59,128 bases of DNA from Microcella sp. (GCF_030645145.1 NZ_JAUSMI010000084.1:1-59128), one strand, 5' to 3'; shown: positions 18,573 through 29,431, counted from the stretch's first letter. Numbers and translations are program-made. Notes: generated from the letters alone by a model not told the origin.

Positions 18573-19859
18573 TCAGTTCGCGACCGAGCAGGTCTGCTGG
18601 GCGGCGGTCTGGCCGAGCACGCCCTCGAGCACCTCGGCCTCGGCGGGCTCCTCGCCGGGGAGCGGGGGAACGGTCGGGGACGCGCTCGGGCCCGGCTCGG
18701 CCGTCGAGGTCTCGCTCGGGGCGGGCTCGGGCGCGGAGGGGGCGCTCGGGTCGAGCGCGGCGCCGTTACCGGTGGAGTCCTCCGCGAGGAGGAACGGCTC
18801 GTCGTTGCGGATCTTCTCGAACAGCTGCTCGGCGAGGTACTCGACCGGCGCGGCCTTGCCCGTGTAGACGCCGCCGAGACCCGTCGTCGCGGGGTACTGC
18901 ACGAACGTGATGCTCTCGGTCGGGATGTCCTTGAGCACGAGAGCCATCGAGACCATCGAGTCGATGCTCGCGAGGCTCGACGACAGCGACATCGCCTTCG
19001 TCGCGACCTGCGCGAGGCCGTAGAGCTTGGTCGGGTCGGTGAGGGTGCCGCCGCTCTGCAGGGTGCGCATGAGGGAGGACATGTAGACCTGCTGGCTGGA
19101 GATGCGGCTGAGGTCGGAGCCGTCGCCGACGCCGTAGCGCGTGCGGAGGAAGGCGAGCGCCGTGTAGCCCTCGACGGTGTGCGTGCCCGCGGTCGGGAGG
19201 TCGAGACCGGTGAAGGGGTCGAAGACGGGCGCGTCGACGCAGACGTCCACTCCTCCGACGGCGGTCGACATCATGGCGACGCCGTCGAACGAGATCGTGC
19301 CGGCGTAGGGGATCTCGAGCCCCGTGAGCGCCTCCGCGGTGAGCACGACGCAGTTGAGGCCGCCGACGCCGAACGCGGTGTTGAACGGCTGCGCGCTCAT
19401 CTCGTACGAGGTGCGGCCGTCGGGCAGCGGGCACTCCGGGATCGGCACGACGAGGTCGCGGGGGATGCTCACGGCGATCGCCGACTGCTGGTCCTCCGCG
19501 ACGTGGACGAGGATGTTGACGTCGTTGAGCGTCGCGCCGTCGCGCTGGTTCTCGTCCTGCTGGCCCTCGGCGTTGTCGACGCCGACGATGAGGACGTTGA
19601 AGCCGCCCTCCCACTCGCCGACCGTCGGCACGGAGCGCGCCTCGCCGTTCGCGCCCGTGAGGATGACCTCGTCGATGTTGGCGTCGAGCTGGTTGAGCGT
19701 GATCGCGGCGACGGAGGCGCCGCTGACGAGGACGACCGCGAGCGCGGAGGAGAAGACCGAGAGCACCGTGCGCCAGCCGGATGACCGGCGCTGGCGCCCG
19801 TGGCGGACGTGCGCGGTCGGCAGCGAGCGGATCGACCGATCGCGCACCTGCTCCGTCAT
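18573..19859 (-). CDS. LCP family protein, paralog 1
   Basis: N-terminal TM, SIPRDL, FLRTRYG, DLSRISSQQ; GAGGGAG RBS. Confidence 0.9.
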   Translation of the reverse strand: MTEQVRDRSIRSLPTAHVRHGRQRRSSGWRTVLSVFSSALAVVLVSGASVAAITLNQLDANIDEVILTGANGEARSVPTVGEWEGGFNVLIVGVDNAEGQQDENQRDGATLNDVNILVHVAEDQQSAIAVSIPRDLVVPIPECPLPDGRTSYEMSAQPFNTAFGVGGLNCVVLTAEALTGLEIPYAGTISFDGVAMMSTAVGGVDVCVDAPVFDPFTGLDLPTAGTHTVEGYTALAFLRTRYGVGDGSDLSRISSQQVYMSSLMRTLQSGGTLTDPTKLYGLAQVATKAMSLSSSLASIDSMVSMALVLKDIPTESITFVQYPATTGLGGVYTGKAAPVEYLAEQLFEKIRNDEPFLLAEDSTGNGAALDPSAPSAPEPAPSETSTAEPGPSASPTVPPLPGEEPAEAEVLEGVLGQTAAQQTCSVAN

Positions 19860-19896
19860 TCGCACTCCCTCTGGCACGGCGAGGACGCCGTCGCGG

Positions 19897-19981
19897 CGGA
19901 GGGCGTGGGATTCGAACCCACGAGACATTCCTGCCCACTGGTTTTCAAGACCAGCTCCATCGGCCGCTCGGACAGCCCTCC
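19897..19981 (-). tRNA. tRNA-Ser(TGA)
   Basis: GGAGGGC/GCCCTCC acceptor stem, CTGGT-CT-TGA-AA-ACCAG anticodon arm, GTTCGAAT. Confidence 0.96.
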
Positions 19982-20016
19982 TTGGACACCAAACCACGAT
20001 TCTAGACCGAGGAGGG

Positions 20017-20907
20017 CTAAGAATCGGCTGGTTCGCCTGCTCCCGAACGAGGGGCCCCCGCGGCGCGCAGCCCGGCGAGCGCGAGCGCGAGGCCGTCGGC
20101 GGTGTCGCGCTCGGTCACCTCGGATGCCGCCTCGACGACCTCGGGCGGCGCCTGCCCCATGGCGACGCCGCGGCCGCCGAGACCCGTCGCCCACGCGAGC
20201 ATCTCGATGTCATTGCGGCCGTCGCCCACGGTCATGACGCGCTCCCCGGGGATGCCGAGGGCATCCCGGACCCGCTCGAGGGCCGTCGACTTGTTGACGC
20301 CGTCGGGCGCGATGTCGAGCCACGCCGTCCAGCCCACGTTGTAGCTGACCTGGTGGAGGCCCATGAGCTCGACCACGGCGAGGAACTCCGACATCGCGTG
20401 CCCGGGAGAGATGACGACGACGCGCGTCGCGGGCTCGGCGCACAGCTCCTCGAAGGGCACCTCGTGGCTGATCGCGCCGAGCGCGCCGTCCGGGAACCAG
20501 CCGGTGTACCGGTAGACGCCCGTCTCGTCCTCGACGGCGTAGTTCGCCTTGGTCAGATGCGGACGGATGCGCGTGAGGACATCCGTCGCATCGAACGTCT
20601 CGACGTGGTGGCGCCGGTACCCCGTCGGGGCCTCCGGGTCGCGCCGCAGCGTGATCGCCCCGTTCGAGCACACGACGTAGTGCGGGGCGATGTCGAGGCG
20701 CTCGAGCACGGGGAGCGTCATCGCGACCGAGCGGCCCGTCGCGAGCATGACCTCGTGACCGGCGTCGCGGACGCGGTGCACCTCGCGCAGCACGGCGTCC
20801 GACAGCGTGCCGTCCTCGTGCAGGACGGTGCCGTCGATGTCGAGTGCGACGAGCCAGCGGTCGCCGGCGGGGATGCTCGGCATCGGGTCGCTCGTCGCCG
20901 CGCTCAC
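20017..20907 (-). CDS. Cof-type HAD hydrolase
   Basis: DIDGT, ATGR, GDGRND motifs; GTGA overlap with the serS stop. Confidence 0.92.
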   Translation of the reverse strand: MSAATSDPMPSIPAGDRWLVALDIDGTVLHEDGTLSDAVLREVHRVRDAGHEVMLATGRSVAMTLPVLERLDIAPHYVVCSNGAITLRRDPEAPTGYRRHHVETFDATDVLTRIRPHLTKANYAVEDETGVYRYTGWFPDGALGAISHEVPFEELCAEPATRVVVISPGHAMSEFLAVVELMGLHQVSYNVGWTAWLDIAPDGVNKSTALERVRDALGIPGERVMTVGDGRNDIEMLAWATGLGGRGVAMGQAPPEVVEAASEVTERDTADGLALALAGLRAAGAPRSGAGEPADS

Positions 20908-22169
20908 GCGGTCGACTCCAGCACGGCGAGGCCGCCGAGGTACGGCTGCAGGGCCTCGGGCACCGCGACCGAGCCGTCGGCGCGCTGGTGGGTCTCGAGG
21001 ATGGCGACGATCCAGCGCGTCGTCGCGAGCGTGCCGTTGAGCGTCGCGACGGGGGCCGTCTTGCCGTCCTCCCCGCGGAAGCGCGTGTCGAGGCGCCGGG
21101 CCTGGAAGGTCGTGCAGTTGCTCGTGCTCGTGAGCTCGCGGTACGCGCCCTGCGTCGGCACCCACGCCTCGACGTCGAACTTGCGCGCGGCGCTCGTGCC
21201 GAGATCGCCGGCCGCGGTGTCGATGACGCGATAAGCGAGGCCCAGCGCCTGGAGCATCCCCTCTTGGAGGGCGAGGAGCCGCTCGTGCTCGACCTCCGCC
21301 TGGGCGGGGTCGATGTAGGTGAACATCTCGAGCTTCTGGAACTGGTGCACGCGGATGATGCCGCGGGTGTCGCGGCCGTAGCTGCCGGCCTCGCGGCGGT
21401 AGCAGGTCGACCAGCCCGCGTAGCGCAGCGGCCCGTTCGCGACGTCGATGATCTCGCCCGCGTGGTAGCCGGCGAGGGCGACCTCGCTCGTGCCCGTGAG
21501 GTAGAGGTCGTCGTCTGGCAGGTGGTAGATCTCGTCGGCGTGCGCGCCGAGGAAGCCCGTGCCGCTCATGATCTCGGACTTCACGAGGGTCGGGGTGATG
21601 AGCGGGGTGAACCCGGCCTCGAGCGCGCGGTCGAGGGCCATGTTCATGAGGGCGATCTCGAGGCGCGCGCCGACGCCCTTGAGGAAGTAGAAGCGCGAGC
21701 CCGAGACCTTGACGCCGCGGGGCATGTCGATCGCGTCGAGCAGCTCGCCGAGCGCGAGGTGGTCGCGGGGCTCGAAGTCGAAGGCGGGCCTCTCGCCGAC
21801 CTCGCGGAGGGTGACGAAGTCGTCCTCGCCGCCCTCGGGGACGCCGTCGAGCACGACGTTGGGGATCGAGCCGGCGATGCGCGTGAACGCCTCGTCGGCC
21901 TCGGTCGCCGCGAGCTGCGCGGCCTTGACCCGCGCCGAGAGCTCCTGAGCGGCGGCGACGAGCGCGGCCTTCTCCTCCTTCGGAGCCTGCGCGACGCGCT
22001 TGCCGTGCGCGTTCTGCTCGGCGCGGAGGGCCTCGAACGCGGTGATCGCCTCACGTCGAGCGCGATCGGCCGCGACGGCCTCGTCGACGAGCTCGACCGA
22101 CGATCGCCTCGCCCGCTGGGAGGCCGAGACGACGTCGGGGTTCTCACGCAGCAGCTGGGGGTCGATCAC
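20904..22169 (-). CDS. serS: Serine--tRNA ligase
   Basis: [30 protein letters not shown]. Confidence 0.98.
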   Translation of the reverse strand: MIDPQLLRENPDVVSASQRARRSSVELVDEAVAADRARREAITAFEALRAEQNAHGKRVAQAPKEEKAALVAAAQELSARVKAAQLAATEADEAFTRIAGSIPNVVLDGVPEGGEDDFVTLREVGERPAFDFEPRDHLALGELLDAIDMPRGVKVSGSRFYFLKGVGARLEIALMNMALDRALEAGFTPLITPTLVKSEIMSGTGFLGAHADEIYHLPDDDLYLTGTSEVALAGYHAGEIIDVANGPLRYAGWSTCYRREAGSYGRDTRGIIRVHQFQKLEMFTYIDPAQAEVEHERLLALQEGMLQALGLAYRVIDTAAGDLGTSAARKFDVEAWVPTQGAYRELTSTSNCTTFQARRLDTRFRGEDGKTAPVATLNGTLATTRWIVAILETHQRADGSVAVPEALQPYLGGLAVLESTA

Positions 22170-22242
22170 TCCCCTAGTCTGTCACGCGCTCGCAGGGCGA
22201 CCCCCTCCGCTCGCAGCCCTCCGATGCTCTAGCCTGACGACC

Positions 22243-23379
22243 ATGAGCACCCCTCGCACCGATTCCGCGCGCCCTCGCGCCGCGGTCGTCTACAACCCGA
22301 TCAAGATCGATGAGGATGCTCTGCGCGAGGCGGTCGCCGCCGCCGAGTCCGAGCACGGCTGGGCCGAGTCGCTCTGGATCGAGACGACCGTCGAGGACCC
22401 GGGTGCGGGGCAGGCGCGCACCGCGGTCGACGAGGGCGTCGACGTCGTGCTCGCCGCGGGAGGCGACGGCACCGTCCGCGCCGTGGCCGAGGGCCTGCGC
22501 GGCACGGGCACGCCCGTCGCCCTGCTGCCCGCCGGCACCGGCAACCTGCTCGCGCGCAACCTCGACCTCGCGCTCAACGACGTCCCCGGCTCGGTGCAGA
22601 CGGCCTTCACAGGCTCCGACCGCGCGATCGACGTCGGCGTCGCCGACATCGTCGACGCCGACGGCGGGTCCTCGACGCACGTCTTCGTGGTCATGGTCGG
22701 CGTCGGTCTCGACGCCAAGATGATCGCCGCGACGAACCCCGAGCTGAAGAAGAAGGTCGGCTGGCTCGCCTACGTCGAGGCCGTCGCGCGCATCTTCAAG
22801 GACGTCAACGCGCTGCGCGTGACGTACTCGCTCGACGGCGCCTCGAGCCGGTCGACGACCGTCAGCACCCTCCTCATCGGCAACTGCGGCATCCTGCCGG
22901 GCAACGTGCCGATCCTCCCCGACGCCAAGGTCGACGATGGCCTCATCGACATCGTCGCGATGCGCCCGAAGAACCTCTTCGGGTGGATCCGCATCGGCAC
23001 CACCGTGATCTGGGAGAACGGCGTGCTGCGCAAGACGCGCTTCGGCCGCCGCCTCATCGCCGCGGACAAGCGCGTGCGCCCGCTCCGCTACTACCAGGGC
23101 CGCCGCAGCGACCTGCGCTTCCGCGGGCCGGAGGAGTTCGAGATCGACGGCGAGGAGATGGGGAGCATCGTCCAGCTCGCCGTGCACGTCGACCCCGCCT
23201 CGCTCATCGTCCGCGTGCCGCGCGACGCCGACGTGCACTCGGTCAAGCCGGATGAGGCGGCCGAGGCCGAGGCGAAGGAGATCGAGGTCGAGCGCCAGGG
23301 CCGCGTCGCGGCTGCCGACATCGGCGAGCCGCAGCGTTCGGGCTCGGGGGTCCCGGCGACGCTCGGCGAGGACGACTAG
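22243..23379 (+). CDS. Diacylglycerol/lipid kinase family protein
   Basis: YNP, GGDGT, PAGTGNLLA, EIDGE. Confidence 0.92.
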   Translation: MSTPRTDSARPRAAVVYNPIKIDEDALREAVAAAESEHGWAESLWIETTVEDPGAGQARTAVDEGVDVVLAAGGDGTVRAVAEGLRGTGTPVALLPAGTGNLLARNLDLALNDVPGSVQTAFTGSDRAIDVGVADIVDADGGSSTHVFVVMVGVGLDAKMIAATNPELKKKVGWLAYVEAVARIFKDVNALRVTYSLDGASSRSTTVSTLLIGNCGILPGNVPILPDAKVDDGLIDIVAMRPKNLFGWIRIGTTVIWENGVLRKTRFGRRLIAADKRVRPLRYYQGRRSDLRFRGPEEFEIDGEEMGSIVQLAVHVDPASLIVRVPRDADVHSVKPDEAAEAEAKEIEVERQGRVAAADIGEPQRSGSGVPATLGEDD

Positions 23380-24326
23380 GCCGGCGGCTCGCCGTTCACG
23401 ATCCCGCGCAGCCAGTCGCGGGCATCCGTGAAGACCTCGTCGCCGTACTGCGAGACGACCTCGATCTGCTGCTGGTCCGCGCGCGGATACGAGCCGAGGA
23501 ACATGACGTTCGGGCTGAACCGCTTGAGGCCGAGCAGGGCGTCGGCGACGCGCTCGTCGCGCACGTGCCCGTCGAGGTCAATGACGAAGCGGTAGCGGCC
23601 GAGGGCGTCGCCGATCGGCCGCGACTCGATGAGGCTCATGTTCACGCCGCGCGTGGCGAACTGCTCGAGCATCTCGAGCAGCCGGCCCGGCGCGTTGTCG
23701 GGCAGCTCGACGATGACGCTCGTCTTGTCGGCCCCCGTGCGCTCCGGCAGGCCGAGCGTGCGGCTGACGAGCACGAACCGCGTCACGGCGTTCGGATTGT
23801 CGCCGATGCTCTCGGCGAGCACCTCGAGGTCGTGGTGGTCGGTGATGCCGGGGGGCGCGACGGCCGCCTCGGCGAGCGCCGACTCGAGCAGTCCCGCGGC
23901 CGCGGCGACGTTCGACGCCGCGGGGATGTGCCCGTGGCTGGGGATGGCCGATTCGAGGAAGCGGCGGCACTGCGCGTAGGCGACCGGGTGCGCGGAGACG
24001 ACCCGGACATCCTCGATGCGGGTGCCCGGTCGGGCGACCAGCACGAAGTTCACGGGCACGAGGAACTCGCCGATGATGCGCAGGCCCGGGATGGTCGCGA
24101 GGGCGTCCTGGGTGGCGCTCACCCCGCCCTCGACCGAGTTCTCGATCGCGATCATGGCCGCGACGCTGCGCCCGGTCATGACGTCGTCGAGCGCCTCGCC
24201 GACGTTCGCGACGCCGCGCCACACGGCGCCCTCGGCCTCGGGCACCTGCCGCAGGGCCTCCCACGTGAACGTGCCGACGGGGCCCAGGTAGCTGTAGGCG
24301 GGCGGGCTGTCGGGGGCGGCGCTCAT
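23376..24326 (-). CDS. pheA: Prephenate dehydratase
   Basis: YLGPVGTF, ENSVEG, TRF, IESRP (ACT). Confidence 0.96.
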   Translation of the reverse strand: MSAAPDSPPAYSYLGPVGTFTWEALRQVPEAEGAVWRGVANVGEALDDVMTGRSVAAMIAIENSVEGGVSATQDALATIPGLRIIGEFLVPVNFVLVARPGTRIEDVRVVSAHPVAYAQCRRFLESAIPSHGHIPAASNVAAAAGLLESALAEAAVAPPGITDHHDLEVLAESIGDNPNAVTRFVLVSRTLGLPERTGADKTSVIVELPDNAPGRLLEMLEQFATRGVNMSLIESRPIGDALGRYRFVIDLDGHVRDERVADALLGLKRFSPNVMFLGSYPRADQQQIEVVSQYGDEVFTDARDWLRGIVNGEPPA

Positions 24327-24374
24327 GCTCCGCAGTCTACGGGCGGGGTCGCGGGCGGCCGCGCGGCCGTGGGG

Positions 24375-25034
24375 TCAGTCGACGAGGCGGATGCCCAGGG
24401 CGGCGGCGACCCTGCCCCGCAGCGCGAAGAGCTGATCGCTCGAGAGCGTCGCGCCGCGCAGACTCGCGATGTCGTCGACGTCATCGAGCTCGGCTTCCGA
24501 CAGGTCGACGTGGGCGAGGGTCGCGTCGCGGATCGACAGGGTGCGGATGCTCGACCCCGGCATCGCGAGGCGCGAGATCGTCGCGCCCGAGACGTCGAGC
24601 TCGTCGATCGTGCAGTCGACGAGGGCGACGTCGGTGAGCGCGGCCCCTCGAAGGTTCGCGAAGCCGATGCGGCAGCGCTCGAACCGCACCACGTCGAGGT
24701 CCGACTCGACGGCCGCGAGCGACCCCAGGCGCGAGTCGGAGATCACGACCGTGCGCCAGCGGCTGCGTGCCGCGTCGAGCACGGGCGCATCCAGTCGCTC
24801 GATCGTCGACTCGGAGATCACGGCCGACCGGAGCGATGCGCCCTCCGCTCGCACCTCCTGGAGGGCGACCTCCGAGAGGTGGATGCCCGTGAGGTCGCGG
24901 TCGGCAAGATCGACGCCCGAGATGCGCACGCCCGCGAGGTCGGCGCGGGCGACGAGCGCGTCGCCGTCAACGGTCTCGAGGTCGTCGAGCCGGAGGTCGG
25001 GGTCGAGCGGTGGGCGCAGGTCGTCGCGGGCCAT
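24375..25034 (-). CDS. Pentapeptide repeat protein
   Basis: A(D/N)LxG-type repeats (ADLAG, ANLRG, ASLRG). Confidence 0.85.
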   Translation of the reverse strand: MARDDLRPPLDPDLRLDDLETVDGDALVARADLAGVRISGVDLADRDLTGIHLSEVALQEVRAEGASLRSAVISESTIERLDAPVLDAARSRWRTVVISDSRLGSLAAVESDLDVVRFERCRIGFANLRGAALTDVALVDCTIDELDVSGATISRLAMPGSSIRTLSIRDATLAHVDLSEAELDDVDDIASLRGATLSSDQLFALRGRVAAALGIRLVD

Positions 25035-25131
25035 CCGGCGAGGCTACCCGCGCGCAGCCACGACCGCCGGCGACTGCGAGGAGCCCGCGAGACCCTGTGC
25101 CCCGTGCCGCCCCCGGTGGTTGGATGGGCGC

Positions 25132-26742
25132 ATGACCCGCGCCGGAACACCCGCCCAGTCCTCCGACCTCGTCGACGTCGACGCGCTGCTCGCCGCGTAC
25201 CACGACCGCGTCCCGGAACTCGACGACCCGGCCCAGCGCGTGGTCTTCGGCACGAGCGGCCACCGCGGCTCGAGCCTCGACGGCGCGTTCACCGACACCC
25301 ACATCGCCGCGATCACGCAGGCGATCGTCGAGTACCGCGCGACGCAGGGCACGACGGGGCCGATCTTCGTCGGCGCCGACACGCACGCGCTGTCGATCCC
25401 CGCGCAGCGCACGGCGCTCGAGGTGCTCACCGCGAACGGGGTCGCGGCGTTCGTCGACGCGAACGACGGCTACGTGCCGACCCCGGCGCTCAGCCACGCG
25501 ATCATCACCCACAACCGCAGCGGCCTCGCCGACGCCGACGGCATCGTCATCACGCCGAGCCACAACCCGCCCCGCGACGGCGGCTTCAAGTACAACCCGC
25601 CGCACGGCGGCCCGGCCGACTCCGATGCGACGAACTGGATCGCGGATCGCGCGAACGACATCATCGCCAACGGCTCGCGCGACGTGAAGCGCGGTGCCGC
25701 GATCGAGACGCACGCCTACGACTACCGGTTGCACTACGTCTCGGACCTCGCGTACATCCTCGACATCGATCGCATTCGCGAGGCCGGCCTGCACATCGGC
25801 GCCGACCCGCTCGGCGGGGCGAGCGTCGAGTACTGGCAGTTCATCGCCGAGCACTACGGACTCGACCTGACGGTCGTGAACCCCTTCGTCGACCCGGCCT
25901 GGAGTTTCATGACGCTGGACTGGGACGAGAGGATCCGGATGGACCCGTCGAGCCCGAGCGCAATGGCGAGCGTGCTCGCGCACCAGCACGACTACGCGGT
26001 GCTCACGGGCAACGACGCCGACGCCGACCGCCACGGCATCGTCACGCCCGACGGCGGGCTCATGAACCCGAACCACTACCTGGCCGTCGCGATCGAGTAC
26101 CTCTACACGCACCGGCCCGAGTGGCGCGCCGACGCCGCGATCGGCAAGACGCTCGTGTCGAGCTCGATGATCGACCGCGTCGCCGAGGGCCTCGGTCGTC
26201 GCCTGCACGAGGTGCCGGTCGGCTTCAAGTGGTTCGTGCCGGGCCTCATCGACGGCTCGGTCGCGTTCGGCGGCGAGGAGAGCGCGGGTGCGAGCTTCGT
26301 GCGCCGCGACGGCAGCGTCTGGACGACCGACAAGGACGGCATCCTGCTCGCGCTGCTCGCGAGCGAGATCACCGCCGTCACTGGGTCGACCCCCTCCCAG
26401 CTGTACACGGGGCTCACCGAGAAGTACGGCGCTCCCGCCTACCAGCGCGTGGATGCCGCGGCCACGAAGGAGCAGAAGGCGAAGCTCTCGAAGCTGTCGG
26501 GCGACGCGATCGCGGCCGACGAGCTGGCCGGCGAGCCCATCACGGCCCGCCTGTCGGAGGCGCCGGGCAACGGCGCCGCGATCGGCGGCGTGAAGGTCGT
26601 GACCGAGAACGCGTGGTTCGCAGCCCGCCCGAGCGGCACGGAGGACGTGTACAAGATCTACGCCGAGTCGTTCCGCGGCGAGGACCACTTGCGGCAGGTG
26701 CAGAGCGAGGCGAAGGCGATCGTCGATGCCGCCCTCCGCTGA
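25132..26742 (+). CDS. pgm: Phosphoglucomutase (alpha-D-glucose-1,6-bisphosphate dependent)
   Basis: FGTSGHRG, TPSHNP, DADADR, GEESAG, RPSGTE. Confidence 0.96.
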   Translation: MTRAGTPAQSSDLVDVDALLAAYHDRVPELDDPAQRVVFGTSGHRGSSLDGAFTDTHIAAITQAIVEYRATQGTTGPIFVGADTHALSIPAQRTALEVLTANGVAAFVDANDGYVPTPALSHAIITHNRSGLADADGIVITPSHNPPRDGGFKYNPPHGGPADSDATNWIADRANDIIANGSRDVKRGAAIETHAYDYRLHYVSDLAYILDIDRIREAGLHIGADPLGGASVEYWQFIAEHYGLDLTVVNPFVDPAWSFMTLDWDERIRMDPSSPSAMASVLAHQHDYAVLTGNDADADRHGIVTPDGGLMNPNHYLAVAIEYLYTHRPEWRADAAIGKTLVSSSMIDRVAEGLGRRLHEVPVGFKWFVPGLIDGSVAFGGEESAGASFVRRDGSVWTTDKDGILLALLASEITAVTGSTPSQLYTGLTEKYGAPAYQRVDAAATKEQKAKLSKLSGDAIAADELAGEPITARLSEAPGNGAAIGGVKVVTENAWFAARPSGTEDVYKIYAESFRGEDHLRQVQSEAKAIVDAALR

Positions 26743-27979
26743 GCCGGCGGGCGCCGGTCTCGAGCGCGCCGAGACCGCCGGGCCGCCGCCGCTCGACCCC
26801 GCGCTCGCGGCCGAGCGCGCGCGGCTCTTCGCGCAGTGGGATGCGCTGACCCCGGACGAGCTGTCCGCGCGCGGCGGACTCAAGTGGACGATGCACCCCG
26901 GCACGGTCGGCGCGTGGGTCGCCGAGTCGGATCTCGGAACGGCCCCGGCCGTGGCATCCGCCCTGCACGCCGCGATCGACGCGGGTCAGCTCGGCTACCT
27001 GCCGCCCGCGATCGGTCGCGAGATGTCGCGCGAGACGGCGAAGCTGCTGCGCGAGCGCTTCGACTGGGCCGTGCCGTCGAGCCGGGTGCACCCGATCGCC
27101 GACGTGATCCGCGGCCTCGAGCTCACGATCGAGCACTACTCGCGCGCGGGCTCGGCGGTCGTCGTGCCGACGCCGGCGTACATGCCCTTCCTGACGGTGC
27201 CGGTCGCGATGGGTCGCGAGGTGATCGAGGTGCCGCTCGCCTCGCACGCCGGCCGCCAGACGCTCGACCTCGTCGCGATCGAGGAGGCGCTCGTGGACGG
27301 CGCGGGCGTGGTCGTGCTGTGCAACCCGCTCAACCCGGGCGGGCGCGTGTTCGAGCGCACCGAGCTCGAGGCGCTCAGCGAGGTCGTCGAACGGCACGGG
27401 GCGACGGTGTTCGCCGACGAGGTCCATGCACCGATCGTCTTCGACGGCGCGCGCCATGTGCCGTACGCGAGCATCTCGGAGGTCGCCGCCGGGCACGCCA
27501 TCACGGCCGTCTCGGCGTCGAAGGCGTGGAACCTGCCGGGCCTCAAGACCGCGCAGCTGATCACCTCGAGCGACGCCGCCGAGAAGACGTGGGAGGCCCT
27601 GGGCCCGCTCGCGAGCCACGGCGCGAGCACCCTCGGCGTCATCGCCAATACGGTCGCCTACCGCGACGGCCGCGACTGGCTCGACCACACCGTCGCCTAC
27701 TACGACCGCAATCGACGCGTGCTCGGCGAGCGCCTCGCCGAGCTGCTGCCGGACGTCGACTACCGGATGCCCGAGGGCACCTACATCGCGTGGCTCGACG
27801 TGCGCGCGCTCGGGCTCGGCGACGACCCGGCGACGCGGTTGCGCGACCGCGCGGGCATCGCGCTCACCGACGGGCGCGCGTGCGGAGAGGTCGGCGCGGG
27901 CCATGTGCGCATGATCCTCGCGACGCCGACCCCGATCGTCGAGCTCATCGTCGAGCGCATCGCCGCCGAGGTGCGCTGA
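26726..27979 (+). CDS. MalY/PatB family PLP-dependent C-S lyase
   Basis: WVAE, CNPLNP, DEVH, SASKAWNLPG. Confidence 0.88.
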   Translation: MPPSAEPAGAGLERAETAGPPPLDPALAAERARLFAQWDALTPDELSARGGLKWTMHPGTVGAWVAESDLGTAPAVASALHAAIDAGQLGYLPPAIGREMSRETAKLLRERFDWAVPSSRVHPIADVIRGLELTIEHYSRAGSAVVVPTPAYMPFLTVPVAMGREVIEVPLASHAGRQTLDLVAIEEALVDGAGVVVLCNPLNPGGRVFERTELEALSEVVERHGATVFADEVHAPIVFDGARHVPYASISEVAAGHAITAVSASKAWNLPGLKTAQLITSSDAAEKTWEALGPLASHGASTLGVIANTVAYRDGRDWLDHTVAYYDRNRRVLGERLAELLPDVDYRMPEGTYIAWLDVRALGLGDDPATRLRDRAGIALTDGRACGEVGAGHVRMILATPTPIVELIVERIAAEVR

Positions 27980-27994
27980 GGGGAGAGTCTCGGC

Positions 27995-28462
27995 TCACGA
28001 GCCTTCGGGAAGGTACGGCTCCAGCCACTCCAGGGTTCCGTTCCTGACCGGCACCGGCACCGAGTCCTGCTCGCCGCCGACGCTGAGGGTGAGCTCGATC
28101 CGAGATCCGGGCCGATCGTCGGCGGTGTCGAACACGACGGCGTTCTCCTGGAAGGCGAACTGCTGGCCGGGAGCGAGAGTGACATCGGTGGAGTCGTCGG
28201 CGTCGGCGATCGTGACGTCCACCGGCTCCTCCGAGGAGTGGAGCAGCACGCCCATGAGTCGCGCCGGCTGACCGTCGCCGCTCGTGACGACGAGCATGTT
28301 GCCGAACGAGACCGAACCGACCTCGGCGTTGGTGCCGAGGTTGACCGCCTCGAGCTCCTCGAGCCGTTCAGAGGTGTCGGAAGCGCAGCCGGTGAGCCCT
28401 GCGAGGGCGACAAGCGACGTGGTGGCGACGAGCAGGGGACGATGGTTCTGTCGAGTGGCCAT
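27995..28462 (-). CDS. Putative lipoprotein
   Basis: Signal peptide with LTGC lipobox; leaderless TAGCGT -10. Confidence 0.75.
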   Translation of the reverse strand: MATRQNHRPLLVATTSLVALAGLTGCASDTSERLEELEAVNLGTNAEVGSVSFGNMLVVTSGDGQPARLMGVLLHSSEEPVDVTIADADDSTDVTLAPGQQFAFQENAVVFDTADDRPGSRIELTLSVGGEQDSVPVPVRNGTLEWLEPYLPEGS

Positions 28463-28526
28463 CGGTTCACGCTAGCCGCGGGTCCAGGCCGATCTCGAGG
28501 GGTGCCGAGCGACTGTGACCTCGCTC

Positions 28527-29336
28527 TCAGCCGGCGTAGTCGGGCGCCGGCGGCAGCCCGAAGAACTCCTCGAGGGTGCGAATGCCCGTCGCGTGCAGCT
28601 CCGCCGCGAGCTCGGGCCCCACGTATCGGAAGTGCCACGGCTCGAACTCGTAGCCCGTGACGGGCGTCGCGCGCTCGGGGTAGCGCAGGTGATAGCCGAA
28701 GCGCCAGGCGTTCGCAGCGAGCCACTGCCCCTGCGGTGTCTGCGCGAAGCACTGGTCGAGCGTGCAGTTCGCGGGCACGGCGCTGAAGTCGATCGAGAGC
28801 CCGGTCTGGTGCTCGCTGTGACCGGGGCGGGCGCTCGTGAGGTCGGCGGCCTGCTGCCCCAGCTGCGCGACCCATCCCGCGTAGACGCGCTGCTGGCTCC
28901 CGTAGCTGCGGTACGAGCTCTGCGCCGTGAGCGCGATGCCCTCAGCCGCCGCCGCGGCGACGAGCTGCTCGGCCGCCGTCGCGGCCTCGTCGCGCAGGAC
29001 GGGCTCGTACACGAACGGGATCGCCGCCGTGCGCAGGTCGCCGGGCGCGAAGTCGAGCGGCTGCAGCGGGCGCAGCTTGTTCGCGACGACCCACAGCGAG
29101 GCCGGGTCGTCGATCGAGCGGGCAGCGCGATCGAAGGTCGGGGCCGGCTCGGGTTCGGGAGTCGGCGTCGGGGTGCCCGTCGCCGTCGGCGACTGCACCG
29201 GGGCGGGGATGCCCGTGGCCGTCTCCGACGGCTCGTCCGCCCTCGGATCGTCACCCTGCGCGCACCCGCTCAGCGCGACCGCGAGGACGAGCAGCACGAC
29301 CCCCTCACGGGCGCGGATCAATGGGCGGCGCGACAT
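28527..29336 (-). CDS. M15B (VanY-like) D-Ala-D-Ala carboxypeptidase lipoprotein
   Basis: LSGC lipobox, SYRS, SEHQTGLSID, EPWH. Confidence 0.92.
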   Translation of the reverse strand: MSRRPLIRAREGVVLLVLAVALSGCAQGDDPRADEPSETATGIPAPVQSPTATGTPTPTPEPEPAPTFDRAARSIDDPASLWVVANKLRPLQPLDFAPGDLRTAAIPFVYEPVLRDEAATAAEQLVAAAAAEGIALTAQSSYRSYGSQQRVYAGWVAQLGQQAADLTSARPGHSEHQTGLSIDFSAVPANCTLDQCFAQTPQGQWLAANAWRFGYHLRYPERATPVTGYEFEPWHFRYVGPELAAELHATGIRTLEEFFGLPPAPDYAG

Positions 29337-29431
29337 GCGCCCGAGTGTAACCGCGGGAGCGACACGCCGACCGACCGCCTTGGGGCATCCGCTCTCTGAC
29401 CGGGGATTTCACACGCATCCCAGAATCGTTG

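Noticed and set aside
13067-19981. Prophage or ICE at the tRNA cluster
   Set aside because: No integrase, phage or conjugation genes, and no duplicated tRNA ends found.
24375-25034. Qnr/MfpA quinolone resistance
   Set aside because: Pentapeptide repeats alone do not support this function.
23565-26849. Very long alternative-frame or antisense ORFs (e.g. 1094 aa here, 46136-49375, 9267-11921, 2103-4298)
   Set aside because: Arg/Ala/Pro-rich shadow ORFs expected at this GC content; each overlaps clearly recognisable genes.
28527-29336. VanY as glycopeptide resistance
   Set aside because: No vanHAX/vanRS nearby; ordinary M15B carboxypeptidase.
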